From: an uncultured Spirochaetaceae bacterium
GTDB lineage: Bacteria; Spirochaetota; Spirochaetia; SZUA-6; Fen-1364
Direction: 5' to 3'
Assembly: GCA_964437385.1 (NCBI GenBank)
Contig: CAYTGX010000007.1
Location: forward strand, 103 to 64,102
Length of the DNA stretch: 64,000 bases
In this document: positions 34,012 through 43,069 of the stretch, piece by piece
Layout: the number at the start of each line of letters is the position of its first letter
How positions within the stretch are numbered: the first letter of the stretch is position 1
Translations under genes and position numbers: made by a program
Notes under the pieces: generated by a model
The model's input: the letters and a program-made list of their open reading frames with translations, nothing else
Told to the model about the DNA's origin: nothing
The model's database searches: none

Positions 34012-35562
34012 TTGAGAATCATCATGACGACCCTGCTGCGCATGAGCGGAATCAGCAAGAGCTTCCCGGGCGTCACGGCCCTGAACAAGGTGGATTTCGA
34101 CCTGAGCGCGGGAGAGGTGCACGCCCTTGTCGGTGAGAACGGAGCGGGCAAGTCGACCCTGATGAAGATACTTGCCGGCGTGTATCGCGCCGACGAAGGG
34201 GAGATCTGGCTCAAGGACCGCAGAATCACCAGCCCGGATCCCCGGTCCATGATCGATGCAGGGGTCAGCGTCATCTACCAGGAGCTCAATCTCGTGCCCT
34301 TTCTCTCCGTGGCGGAGAACATCTTTCTTGGACGGGAGCCGCGCCGGGCAGGAGGGCTCATAGATTGGATAACCATGCGCAGGGAGGTGGAAAAGCTTCT
34401 TGCGCCGTTCGACCTTTCCCTGGATCCACGTGCGAAAATCCATTCCATAGGTCCCGCTTACCAGCAGGTAGTGGAGATTGCCAAGGCACTCTCGCTCAAG
34501 GCGGAAATCATCGTCATGGACGAGCCCACCGCGCCTCTTACCGGAAGCGAAGTGGACAGGCTTTTCGAGATCATCCGCAACCTGAAGGCCAGCGGAGTGG
34601 GCGTGGCATATATCTCGCATCGCCTGGAGGAGCTCCACCAGGTTGCGGACCGCGTCACGGTGCTTCGGGACGGCGAGCGGGTGGTCACGGCCCCCCTTTC
34701 GGCGCTCACTATCGACGACATCATCAGGAACATGGTGGGCCGCCAGCTCACGGAACAATACCCGTCCGCGGCGGAGAACTCCCGTGAAGAGGCGCTTCGC
34801 GTGGAAGGTCTGACAAAGGAAGGCGTCTGCACGGACGTTTCTTTCCACGTGCATCGAGGGGAGATACTCGGATTTGCCGGTCTCGTGGGCGCCGGGCGGA
34901 CCGAGATCATGCAGCTCATCTACGGCTACCGGAAGAGAGACGCAGGACGGATCCTGGTCAGGGGACGGGAAGTGTCAATCCGCAGCACGCGTGACGCGGT
35001 GCGCGCCGGGATCGCCCTCATTCCGGAGGAGCGCAAAAAGCAGGGCCTCATCCTCGGGCTGTCCGTCATGGACAACTCGGCCCTCACGATCTTCGACCAG
35101 CATACGCGCGCCGGTTTCATCCAATGGCGGAACATCGGGAAGCTTGTACGGCAGATGGTCAAAAACCTCGGCATCCGCACTCCCTCCCTTTCCCAGACGG
35201 TGCGCAATCTCTCGGGGGGAAACCAGCAGAAGGTCGTTTTGTCGAAATGGTTCGTGCGTCACTGCGACGTGTATATCTTCGACGAGCCCACGAGGGGTAT
35301 CGATGTGGGGGCCAAGGTCGAGATCTACAAGCTCATGCAGAGTCTTGCCGCGGACGGGGCCGCCATCATCATGGTCTCCTCCGAGCTTCTGGAAGTCATG
35401 AACGTTCCCAACCGCATCGCGGTGGTGTACGGCGGCCGCATTGTGAAAGAGTTCGAAAAGGGCGAGGCTACCGAGGAGCAGGTGATGAGCTATGCCCTCG
35501 GGCTGGGTGGAAAGGCCTCCGGAGGGACTTCAAGGGAGAAGGAGCGTGGCCATGAAGCTTGA
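34012..35562 (+). CDS. sugar ABC transporter ATP-binding protein, tandem NBDs (RbsA-like)
   Basis: GENGAGKST and GLVGAGRTE Walker A motifs, LSGGNQQK signature. The likely start is the ATG at 34024 (MTTLLRMSGISKSF). Confidence 0.9.
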   Translation: MRIIMTTLLRMSGISKSFPGVTALNKVDFDLSAGEVHALVGENGAGKSTLMKILAGVYRADEGEIWLKDRRITSPDPRSMIDAGVSVIYQELNLVPFLSVAENIFLGREPRRAGGLIDWITMRREVEKLLAPFDLSLDPRAKIHSIGPAYQQVVEIAKALSLKAEIIVMDEPTAPLTGSEVDRLFEIIRNLKASGVGVAYISHRLEELHQVADRVTVLRDGERVVTAPLSALTIDDIIRNMVGRQLTEQYPSAAENSREEALRVEGLTKEGVCTDVSFHVHRGEILGFAGLVGAGRTEIMQLIYGYRKRDAGRILVRGREVSIRSTRDAVRAGIALIPEERKKQGLILGLSVMDNSALTIFDQHTRAGFIQWRNIGKLVRQMVKNLGIRTPSLSQTVRNLSGGNQQKVVLSKWFVRHCDVYIFDEPTRGIDVGAKVEIYKLMQSLAADGAAIIMVSSELLEVMNVPNRIAVVYGGRIVKEFEKGEATEEQVMSYALGLGGKASGGTSREKERGHEA

Positions 35563-36490
35563 CGTCCGGTATGTCCTCCGCTCCTACGGGATCCTGATCG
35601 CCTTCATCGTGATCTGCATTGTCATGACCATCCTGTCTCCTGTGTTCCTGACGGTCACGAATGTCCTCAATGTCATCCGTCAAAGCTCGATCTACGGCAT
35701 CATGGCGATCGGGATGACCTTCGTCATCCTGACCGGCGGCATCGATCTCTCGGTGGGCTCGATCCTGGCGATCTCCGGCGCCATTGCCGCCGGCTCCCTC
35801 AAGGGAGGCGTCGGTTTTCTCCCGGTCCTCCTGCTCACCCTTGCAGTCGGAGTCGGGTGCGGCCTGGCCAACGGTGTGCTCATCACCATGGGACGCATCA
35901 CGCCATTCGTGGTAACGCTGGGCATGATGAGCATTGCCCGAGGGCTTACCCTCATCTATACCAAGGGATACCCGATCAGCGGCTTCAGCGGCCCTTTCCG
36001 CTTCATCGGCGGCGGTGACATTTTTGGAATTCCCTTCCCCATCGTGGTCTTCATCATCACCGTTGTCGTGGCCTGGCTCATCCTGACTCAGACTCGGCTG
36101 GGCCGCTACACGTATGCCATTGGCGGCAACGAGGAGACGGTGAAGCTGTCCGGTATAAACGCGAGCTTCTACAAGACGATCGTCTACATGATCTCAGGCC
36201 TCGCGGCAGCGGTCAGCGCACTCATCCTTACCTCGCGCATAAACTCGGCCGAGCCGGTTTCCGGTACCGGGTACGAGCTCGACGTCATCGCGGCAGTGGT
36301 CATTGGCGGCACGAGCCTCATGGGCGGCCGCGGCAGCGTGTGGGGCACACTGGTGGGAGCGCTCATGATCGGGGTCATCAACAACGGCATGAACCTTCTC
36401 GGGATTTCCGCCTATTTCCAGCTCGTCGTAAAGGGCGTCATCATCATCGGAGCGGTTCTCCTGGACCGGCTGCGGCAGGAGCAGGCGTAA
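35552..36490 (+). CDS. sugar ABC transporter permease (RbsC-like)
   Basis: The ATG at 35552 (MKLDVRYVLRSYGILIAF) is preceded by GGAGAAGGAG. The ORF-track start at 35492 is an upstream extension. Contains the GGIDLSVGS motif. Confidence 0.9.
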   Translation: MKLDVRYVLRSYGILIAFIVICIVMTILSPVFLTVTNVLNVIRQSSIYGIMAIGMTFVILTGGIDLSVGSILAISGAIAAGSLKGGVGFLPVLLLTLAVGVGCGLANGVLITMGRITPFVVTLGMMSIARGLTLIYTKGYPISGFSGPFRFIGGGDIFGIPFPIVVFIITVVVAWLILTQTRLGRYTYAIGGNEETVKLSGINASFYKTIVYMISGLAAAVSALILTSRINSAEPVSGTGYELDVIAAVVIGGTSLMGGRGSVWGTLVGALMIGVINNGMNLLGISAYFQLVVKGVIIIGAVLLDRLRQEQA

Positions 36491-36507
36491 ACTACGGTCG
36501 GCCTTAC

Positions 36508-37236
36508 CTACAAATCCTGGCTCTGCGGCAGCATCACCAGGTCACGAATGGTCACGTGCGCGGGGCGCGTGAGCATGAACACCAGGGCTTCCGCAACGTC
36601 GTCTGACCGAAGCGCAGTGTGCGCGCTGATGTGCTTCTCGATGTCCTCCCGCCGCGTGATTCCCCAGAGCTCGTTGGCCACCATGCCCGGCGCGATCGAT
36701 CCCACGCGGATGCCGTGGGATGCAAGCTGGCGCCGGAGTGTGTGCACGAGGGACTGAACGGCGTGCTTGGAGGCGCTGTAGACAGGCTCCCAGTCAATGT
36801 CGAGGTGCCCGGAGATGGAGCTGGTCACCACGATATCGCCCGAATGCCGGGCCATCATGACAGGCGCCGCCGCATGCACGCAGCGCAGGACGCCATTCAC
36901 GTTGATGTCGATCAGCCGCGCAAGGGATTCCGGGTCCCCGTCCGTGAACTGCCCGGGGCTGTACACGCCGGCATTCGCAAAAAGCACATCGATACGGCCG
37001 AACTTCTCCTTCGCGCAATCCACGAGATGCTGCACGTCGGGACCGGACGTGACGTCGGTCGGCACGGCGAGCGCCACGGACCCGAGCTCCCGCGCCAGCG
37101 CCTCCAGCTTTTCCGCGGATCGGGCCGCGAGCACCACGCGGCAGCCCAGGCCGGCGAGCATGCGCGCCGAAGCCGCGCCGATTCCCGAGCTCGCGCCCGT
37201 GATGATGACCACTTTCTGCGCCAGGGATGTGCTCAA
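36508..37236 (-). CDS. short-chain dehydrogenase/reductase (classical SDR)
   Basis: VVIITGASSGIGAASA (TGxxxGxG) and the catalytic YSASK. Confidence 0.9.
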   Translation of the reverse strand: MSTSLAQKVVIITGASSGIGAASARMLAGLGCRVVLAARSAEKLEALARELGSVALAVPTDVTSGPDVQHLVDCAKEKFGRIDVLFANAGVYSPGQFTDGDPESLARLIDINVNGVLRCVHAAAPVMMARHSGDIVVTSSISGHLDIDWEPVYSASKHAVQSLVHTLRRQLASHGIRVGSIAPGMVANELWGITRREDIEKHISAHTALRSDDVAEALVFMLTRPAHVTIRDLVMLPQSQDL

Positions 37237-38288
37237 GCTGTCTTGACCATCACCTTGATGGTCTCTGTGGGAGAGTCAGCCGCGAACCTGAATGCCTCCG
37301 AGACCGCACTGAGCGGGTACCTCTGGGAGACAAGGGGACGAGGATCGATTGCGCCGGCAGCAAGGAGCGCGATGGCCCGGGGGAATGCGTTGGCGTATCG
37401 ATTGGTTCCGTGAATGTCCAGCTCTTTCTCGATCACCATTTCGATTGGATAGGGGAATGTCGCGGTCTCGGGCCACCCGATAACGGTGACGGAACCGCCG
37501 CGCGCCGCAAGGGCGGGAGCCGAAGCGCAGGCTTTTGAAGAGCCGCTTGCATCGAACACGAAGTCTACCCCGCGCCCGTTGGTGAGCAGGGCGATGCGGG
37601 CCGAAGGGTCTTCCTCGGAGGCATTCACCACTGCCGCGGCGCCCAGCGACGCGCCCAGTGCAAGCCGCGCCGGCAGCCGGTCGATGAGGAACACCGAGGC
37701 GGCACCGGAGGCGCGGGCCACGAGCATGGTGACAAGCCCGATGGGACCTGCCCCGATGACGGCCACGCTGCCGGCCGGCCTCAGCCCTGCACGGGTGCAT
37801 GCCTGCACGCCGACGGCAAGCGGTTCGACAAAGGCGCCCATCTCATCGTCGATCGAATCCGGCAGGGGATGCGCAAAATCCGCGGCTACCACGGCAAACT
37901 CCGCAAAGGTTCCGTTGACAGGAGGCGCGGACATGAACACGACGTCACGGCAGAGGTTGTACCGACCCGACTTGCACAGCTCGCACCGGCGGCAGGGAAC
38001 GCCCGGCTCGATTGCAACCCGTTGGCCTTCCGAGAGCCCATTGCCGTGCCCCGCCCCCTGCACCACGATTCCGCACGCCTCGTGGCCGGGGATGTAGGGC
38101 CGGCTTACCGTGAACGGGCCGAGCTTTCCTTCCTTGTAGAAGTGGATATCGGAGCCGCAGAGACCGTTCATGGCGATCTTCACCAGCACCTCATCCGCGC
38201 GCGGAGACGGGAGGAAGACCTGCTCGTAGCGAAGGTCCCGCGGACTGTGCAGGACGCCGGCGTGCATCGTTGCGTTCTTCATCGCCAT
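37233..38288 (-). CDS. zinc-dependent alcohol/polyol dehydrogenase (MDR; sorbitol/threonine DH-like)
   Basis: GHEACGIVV zinc motif, a CRRCELCKSGRYNLC structural-zinc cysteine cluster, and VIGAGPIGLV Rossmann motif. Confidence 0.9.
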   Translation of the reverse strand: MAMKNATMHAGVLHSPRDLRYEQVFLPSPRADEVLVKIAMNGLCGSDIHFYKEGKLGPFTVSRPYIPGHEACGIVVQGAGHGNGLSEGQRVAIEPGVPCRRCELCKSGRYNLCRDVVFMSAPPVNGTFAEFAVVAADFAHPLPDSIDDEMGAFVEPLAVGVQACTRAGLRPAGSVAVIGAGPIGLVTMLVARASGAASVFLIDRLPARLALGASLGAAAVVNASEEDPSARIALLTNGRGVDFVFDASGSSKACASAPALAARGGSVTVIGWPETATFPYPIEMVIEKELDIHGTNRYANAFPRAIALLAAGAIDPRPLVSQRYPLSAVSEAFRFAADSPTETIKVMVKTA

Positions 38289-38307
38289 GAATCCGCCTCA
38301 ATAGTAC

Positions 38308-38328
38308 GTCAATCCTTGCTGGATTGAC
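38308..38328. promoter_or_regulatory. operator candidate GTCAATCC-ttgct-GGATTGAC in a divergent promoter region
   Basis: Perfect 8-5-8 inverted repeat between the Zn-ADH start (38288, -) and the cupin gene start (38358, +). Confidence 0.4.
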
Positions 38329-38357
38329 AATCAGTTTTGCACGTGTAAGGGTATTTC

Positions 38358-39587
38358 ATGCAGGGGGATGAAATGTCGACAAAAAGCATTGCCGAGGCGG
38401 GCATTGATCAGGGCAAGGGGATTCTTCGGCTGGCACCCACCTGGGTTCCGCGTTCTTTCTGTGTTCCCGGCAGGAGGATCAAGCTCCACCCGGCAGACTA
38501 CTACGCGTTCGGCGGGGATCGAGGCGGGATCGACGAGCGCTGGTTTTCCTCCACCACTCCGGCGGACAATGGACCCAAGACGAGCAAGGACGAGGGCCTG
38601 AGCGTCGTGGTCGTGGAAGACGGTTCCCGCGTGGAAAAGGTCACACTGCGTGACGCTATAACGGAGTTGAAAGGCCAGATCATAGGGGACCGTATCTGGA
38701 ACGCCCACCACGCATGGCCCATGTATTCCAAGTTCTTCGACAACAAAGGTCCCCTCCCCCACCACGTGCACCATCGGGAGAAGCATGCGAAGCTGGTGAA
38801 CCAGAACGGGAAACCCGAGTCGTACTTCTTCCCCGTGCAGAACAACAACTACGGGGCAGACTACCCGTATACCTTTTTTGGCCTGCGCCCCGGGACGACA
38901 AAGGACCAGCTCCGCCAGTGCCTGCTGAACTTTTCAAAAGGGGACAACAGGATCACCGACCTGTCCACCGCGTATCGCCTGGAACCGGGCACGGGCTGGG
39001 ACGTGCCCGCGGGCATCCTCCACGCCCCCGGGAGCATGTGCACCTATGAGCCCCAGAAGGCCTCCGACATATTCGCCATGTACCAGTCCTTGACCGGGGA
39101 CGCGATCATTCCGGAGGAGCTGCTCTGGAAGAACTCCCCGCCTGAGAAAGTGGGCAACGTGGACTACCTGATCGAGGTCCTGGACTGGGAGGCGAACGTG
39201 GACCCCGACTTCGCCGCCAGGCATTTCATGGTCCCGAAGCCGGTGCGGCCCCTGGCCCAGATGCAGGCAGAGGGCTGCGTGGAGAACTGGATCACGTACA
39301 AGTCGCCGGAGTACAGCGCCAAGGAGTTGACCGTGCTCCCCGGCAAGACGGTTACAATCAAGGATGCCGGGGCCTACGGCATGATCCTCCTGCAGGGTCA
39401 TGGAAAGTTGGGGGTCTGGGAGGTCGACTGCCCTGCGCTCATCCGTTTCGGTCAGCTCACGATGGATGAGTTCTTCGTGACGGAGCAGGCAGCGCGCGCA
39501 GGAGTCGTGATTTCCAACCCTTCGCGGACTGACCCCATGGTCATGCTCAAGCACTTCGGACCGGGGAACCCGGACCTGGTGCTGTAA
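38358..39587 (+). CDS. cupin-fold sugar(-phosphate) isomerase, type I phosphomannose-isomerase-like
   Basis: GIDERWFSSTTPADNG, PLPHHVHHREKHAKL and GKPESYFF parallel the PMI blocks (E.W..S.HP.G / QVHP / GK.E.W). 409 aa. The assignment is moderate. Confidence 0.5.
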   Translation: MQGDEMSTKSIAEAGIDQGKGILRLAPTWVPRSFCVPGRRIKLHPADYYAFGGDRGGIDERWFSSTTPADNGPKTSKDEGLSVVVVEDGSRVEKVTLRDAITELKGQIIGDRIWNAHHAWPMYSKFFDNKGPLPHHVHHREKHAKLVNQNGKPESYFFPVQNNNYGADYPYTFFGLRPGTTKDQLRQCLLNFSKGDNRITDLSTAYRLEPGTGWDVPAGILHAPGSMCTYEPQKASDIFAMYQSLTGDAIIPEELLWKNSPPEKVGNVDYLIEVLDWEANVDPDFAARHFMVPKPVRPLAQMQAEGCVENWITYKSPEYSAKELTVLPGKTVTIKDAGAYGMILLQGHGKLGVWEVDCPALIRFGQLTMDEFFVTEQAARAGVVISNPSRTDPMVMLKHFGPGNPDLVL

Positions 39588-39603
39588 GGAGACCACCGCA
39601 TTT

Positions 39604-39652
39604 CCGGCGCCGCCTGCTGAGCACCTTGCGATTGTTCCACTCTTACTAGCGG
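39604..39652. repeat. solo arm of the palindromic intergenic element, copy B
   Basis: TTCCGG-n16-CCTTGCGATTgttccactCTTActAgCGG is identical over gcaccttgcgattgttccactctta to the left arm of copy A. No inverted partner follows. Confidence 0.5.
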
Positions 39653-39671
39653 GTAGCAGTACATTCAAGGC

Positions 39672-40100
39672 ATGAAAAGCGCATTTACGGCCATGGCCAG
39701 CATCACCATCAAGGCGAATGCCGCAAAGGTCTGGGATGCCCTTACAAATCCCAGGGTCATTAAAGAGTACCTGTTCGGAACCGAGGCCAGGTCCGACTGG
39801 AAAGTCGGCAGCCCCATCACCTACAGCGGTGTCTGGGAGGGCAAGCGGTACGAAGACAAGGGCACGATACTGGAGATCGTGCCCAACAGGCGTCTTTCCA
39901 GCACGTACTGGAGCTCCTTCTCGCCCCTACCGGACCTGCCGGAGAACTACAATACGGTGACCTACGAGCTGTCGGAATCCAGGGGAGAGACCACCCTGAC
40001 CATCACCCAGGACAACAACCTCAGCAAGGAGTCGGCGGATCACTCGAAAAGCAACTGGGAAAAGGTCCTCCAGACGATGAAGGGGCTGCTGGAGAAATAG
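39672..40100 (+). CDS. SRPBCC-superfamily protein (AHSA1/START-like)
   Basis: ITIKANAAKVWDALTNPRVIKEYLFGTEARSDWKVGSPITYSG...TLTITQDN is the typical Aha1-like SRPBCC pattern. Confidence 0.8.
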   Translation: MKSAFTAMASITIKANAAKVWDALTNPRVIKEYLFGTEARSDWKVGSPITYSGVWEGKRYEDKGTILEIVPNRRLSSTYWSSFSPLPDLPENYNTVTYELSESRGETTLTITQDNNLSKESADHSKSNWEKVLQTMKGLLEK

Positions 40101-40200
40101 GGGGCTGCCGCAGGCGCCGCCGCCGGCGCCTGGCACCGTCAGAATCGCCGCGAAGAGATTGGACTTGCCAGTCCTGTTTGAATAGTTTATGGTGGCCTGC

Positions 40201-40217
40201 AACTGGTCATACCAGTT
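40201..40217. promoter_or_regulatory. FadR/GntR-type operator AACTGGT-cat-ACCAGTT
   Basis: Perfect 7-3-7 palindrome containing the TGGT-N3-ACCA core known for FadR-subfamily operators, 33 nt upstream of the GntR/FadR-family gene start. Confidence 0.6.
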
Positions 40218-40249
40218 ATATATGTTGACCACAACAAAGGAGAGGAGAG

Positions 40250-40957
40250 GTGTTCGTAAAAGTCAAAAGCAAAAAAGTTTACATGGAGATCGTCGACCAG
40301 ATGCTGGCATTGATCAAGGCCAAGAAGCTCAATATCGGAGAGAAGCTTCCGCCGGAGCGGAGCCTGGCGATTGAGCTCGGCGTATCACGGCCTCCCCTTC
40401 GGGAAGCCATGTCCGCGCTTGAAATCCTCGGGATCGTGGAAAGCAGGGGCGGCAAGGGCAATTTCATCGCCAGCTCGGAGATTGCCACTGAAAAGACAAG
40501 GATGGCACGAGAGCTCAAGGGAGAAGTGAGCCCATTCGAGCTGCTGGAAGCCCGCAGGGTCGTCGAGGTGGAGATTGCGGGTCTGGCCGCGGAGAAGGCT
40601 ACGGAAGAGGACATTACGGCAATCGAGCACATATTCGAAAAACACAAGTCGGCGCTCTCCGATTTCTCGAAGGCCTCCGCAGTGGACCTCCAGTTTCACC
40701 TGGCCCTGGTGAAGGCTACACGGAACCCTGTCCTCATGGATATCTTCAATCGCAATATCGCCAGCGTTCTGAAAAAGGATCTCTGGAGAAAAATCAAGGG
40801 CAGGAGCTGGGCCGCGGGAAATCACGCCCAGAAGTATTTCGGCGAGCACGTCGAGATATTCAAGGCGGTTTGCAAACACGATTCGGAGGGAGCCCGGAGG
40901 AGCATGCAGAATCACCTCCGGTCTATCGAAGATGATTTTCTGGAAGAGTCTGAATAA
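40250..40957 (+). CDS. GntR-family (FadR subfamily, FCD domain) transcriptional regulator
   Basis: GEKLPPERSLAIELGVSRPPLREAMSALEILGIVESRGGKGNFI is a winged HTH. The helical C-terminal domain is about 150 aa. GTG start. Confidence 0.9.
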   Translation: MFVKVKSKKVYMEIVDQMLALIKAKKLNIGEKLPPERSLAIELGVSRPPLREAMSALEILGIVESRGGKGNFIASSEIATEKTRMARELKGEVSPFELLEARRVVEVEIAGLAAEKATEEDITAIEHIFEKHKSALSDFSKASAVDLQFHLALVKATRNPVLMDIFNRNIASVLKKDLWRKIKGRSWAAGNHAQKYFGEHVEIFKAVCKHDSEGARRSMQNHLRSIEDDFLEESE

Positions 40958-40962
40958 CAGGT

Positions 40963-41889
40963 GTGATCGGAGGACCGTTGGAGCTCTCGTGCGCGTGCTG
41001 TGGCAACATGACGATTGACGATCTTGTCTTCCATGACGGCTCGACCCGGATGGGAGTCCTCGGCGGGAACGCTGTGTACGGCGCCATCGGCGCGTCACTG
41101 TGGGGCATCCCTGTCGCGCTCATCTCGGTTGCCGGCCCCGACTACCCTGTCTCGCGGCTGTCCGAATCATTGGGCATCCGCACCACGGCGCTCATCACAA
41201 AGAGCCGTCCCTCCCTCAGGAACTGGGGACTCTACGAAAAGGACGGCACCCGGCAGTTCATATTCAGAAGCCCCAGGGATCAGTGGGCTGACTACACTCC
41301 CCGGCCTGAAGACATTCCCGCTGACATGCTGAAGGACTCGTTTTTTCACTGCGCCCCTGTTCCATGGGACATGCAGATAGACCTGCTGCGCCATGTCCGC
41401 GCGTCAGGCGTCCGCTTCATCTCGGTGGACCCCGCCTACCAGTACCTGGACGGGATTGCGGAGGCGGAGCTGGGAAAGCTTCTCCGGCATGCTGACGCTT
41501 TCCTGCCCAGCAGGCAGGAAGTCCGCGCCATGTATCCCGACGCCTCCCCTGATGAGGCGCTGGAGATGATGATCGGGCGCTACCCCGACCTGTCCGTGAT
41601 CGTCATGAAGCTCGGAGAAGAGGGGGCAATCGGCTACGACCGGGTTCACGACGCCCGGTTTCGTATTCCCGTCTTCCCGGCGCATGCCGTGGACCAGACC
41701 GGCGCGGGAGACTCGTTCTGCGGCGGCTTCATTGCCGGGTACGCCCTGTGCAGGGACGCGCGGCGCGCAGCCCTGCACGGCGCAGTTGCAGCCTCGTTCG
41801 TCGTGGAAACGGAAGGGACTCTCGGATTGGCTGGAATAACCCGCGCCATGGCGGAGAGCAGGCTCTCCGCGCTTGCGGGAAACACATAG
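40963..41889 (+). CDS. PfkB-family carbohydrate kinase
   Basis: The C-terminal DQTGAGDSFCGGFIAGYA is the PfkB signature 2. The N-terminal GGNAVYGAIGASLWG is the glycine-rich lid motif. Confidence 0.85.
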   Translation: MIGGPLELSCACCGNMTIDDLVFHDGSTRMGVLGGNAVYGAIGASLWGIPVALISVAGPDYPVSRLSESLGIRTTALITKSRPSLRNWGLYEKDGTRQFIFRSPRDQWADYTPRPEDIPADMLKDSFFHCAPVPWDMQIDLLRHVRASGVRFISVDPAYQYLDGIAEAELGKLLRHADAFLPSRQEVRAMYPDASPDEALEMMIGRYPDLSVIVMKLGEEGAIGYDRVHDARFRIPVFPAHAVDQTGAGDSFCGGFIAGYALCRDARRAALHGAVAASFVVETEGTLGLAGITRAMAESRLSALAGNT

Positions 41890-43069
41890 AGCATCGGAAG
41901 GAGATCAGAGCGTGGATCACGAAAAGCAGGTGATGTTGGAAGAGATCAGGCTTCAACCGGAGTTCCTGAGGAGCAACGGCAAGCCGATCCTCGACAATCT
42001 GACAGCGGAGCTTTCGAAACGGGACATAAGCAGGATCAGGAATGTCTTCATCATAGGCTGCGGAGATTCGTATTTCTCGGCGCTGGCCAACCGGATGTCT
42101 CTCATGGAAATGACGGGCCTCTATGTCGAACCGATGGAGTCACTGGAGTTTTCCCGCTACGTGGTGAACCACATGCCGGAGGGCTCCGCCGTGATCGGCG
42201 TCTCCAACTCGGGGACCGTGTCCCGCACCATCGAGGGTGTCAGCCGCGCGCGCCAGAAGGGTGCACTCACGTTCGCCATCACGACCAGGGCCACCACGCC
42301 CCTTGCGCAGGCAGTGGACATCCCCCTCATCGTGAACTCTCCTCCCAACATCAAGGAAAGACCGGGACAGGCGCCCGTGGTAACGCCGGGCTCCGTCACC
42401 TACATTGCGAGCCTCCTGGGAGTGTACTGCGTCGGGCTTGCCTTTGGCTTGAAGCTCGGCGCCCTGACCGCCGCACAGGCCGACGCTCGATTGGAAGAGC
42501 TGTCCCGCCTGGCGGACACCATTGCCGCCACCATCGACACGGTGGAACCCCTGGCGCGTGACTATGCGAAAAAGCTTTCGGCAGACAAGCGCGTCATCAT
42601 CCTCGGGGGCGGGCCGAACTATGCAACCGCGTTCTTCGGCATGGCCAAGTTCTTCGAGGCTCTCCGGCAGCCCGCATCTGCGGTGGAGATGGAGGAGTGG
42701 GCGCACGAAGAGTTCTTCGTGTCCGACGAAAATGCGGTGGAGTTCGTGATCGTGCCCCCCGGGGAGAGCAGGGAACGCGCATTCGAGCAGATGCGGGCTG
42801 CGCGGGAAATGCGCGCCTTTGTCGTGGCCATCGGCTCGGACAGCGACAAGGAGCTTGCCGCGGCGGCTGACCTGGTGTTCCCCGTGAAAGGCCAGGTGAG
42901 GGAGCTCCTGACCCCGTTCGTCTATTGCGTGCCCTTCGAGCTGTTCGCCTGCTACCTGTCGGACGCACGCAAGCGGGCATTTCTCGGGTTCGACGATCCG
43001 CACCGCCGGGAGGTCAACTTCAGGCAGATATTCAATTCGCAGTCACGGCCGCTGGAGGGGAAGAAATGA
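41873..43069 (+). CDS. SIS-domain protein (GlmS-isomerase/FrlB-like, two SIS domains)
   Basis: IIGCGDSYFSA and GVSNSGTVSRT are SIS motifs. A second SIS-like half contains IILGGGPNYATAFFGMAKF. The likely start is near MLEEIRLQPEF (41932). Confidence 0.8.
   Translation: MRETHRASEGDQSVDHEKQVMLEEIRLQPEFLRSNGKPILDNLTAELSKRDISRIRNVFIIGCGDSYFSALANRMSLMEMTGLYVEPMESLEFSRYVVNHMPEGSAVIGVSNSGTVSRTIEGVSRARQKGALTFAITTRATTPLAQAVDIPLIVNSPPNIKERPGQAPVVTPGSVTYIASLLGVYCVGLAFGLKLGALTAAQADARLEELSRLADTIAATIDTVEPLARDYAKKLSADKRVIILGGGPNYATAFFGMAKFFEALRQPASAVEMEEWAHEEFFVSDENAVEFVIVPPGESRERAFEQMRAAREMRAFVVAIGSDSDKELAAAADLVFPVKGQVRELLTPFVYCVPFELFACYLSDARKRAFLGFDDPHRREVNFRQIFNSQSRPLEGKK

Noticed and set aside
40131-40146. 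TGGCAC-cgtca-GAAT upstream of the FadR-type regulator.
   Set aside because: There is no TTGC -12 element at the required spacing. The TGGCAC lies directly after a GC-rich hairpin following the SRPBCC gene, overlapping its last three bases.
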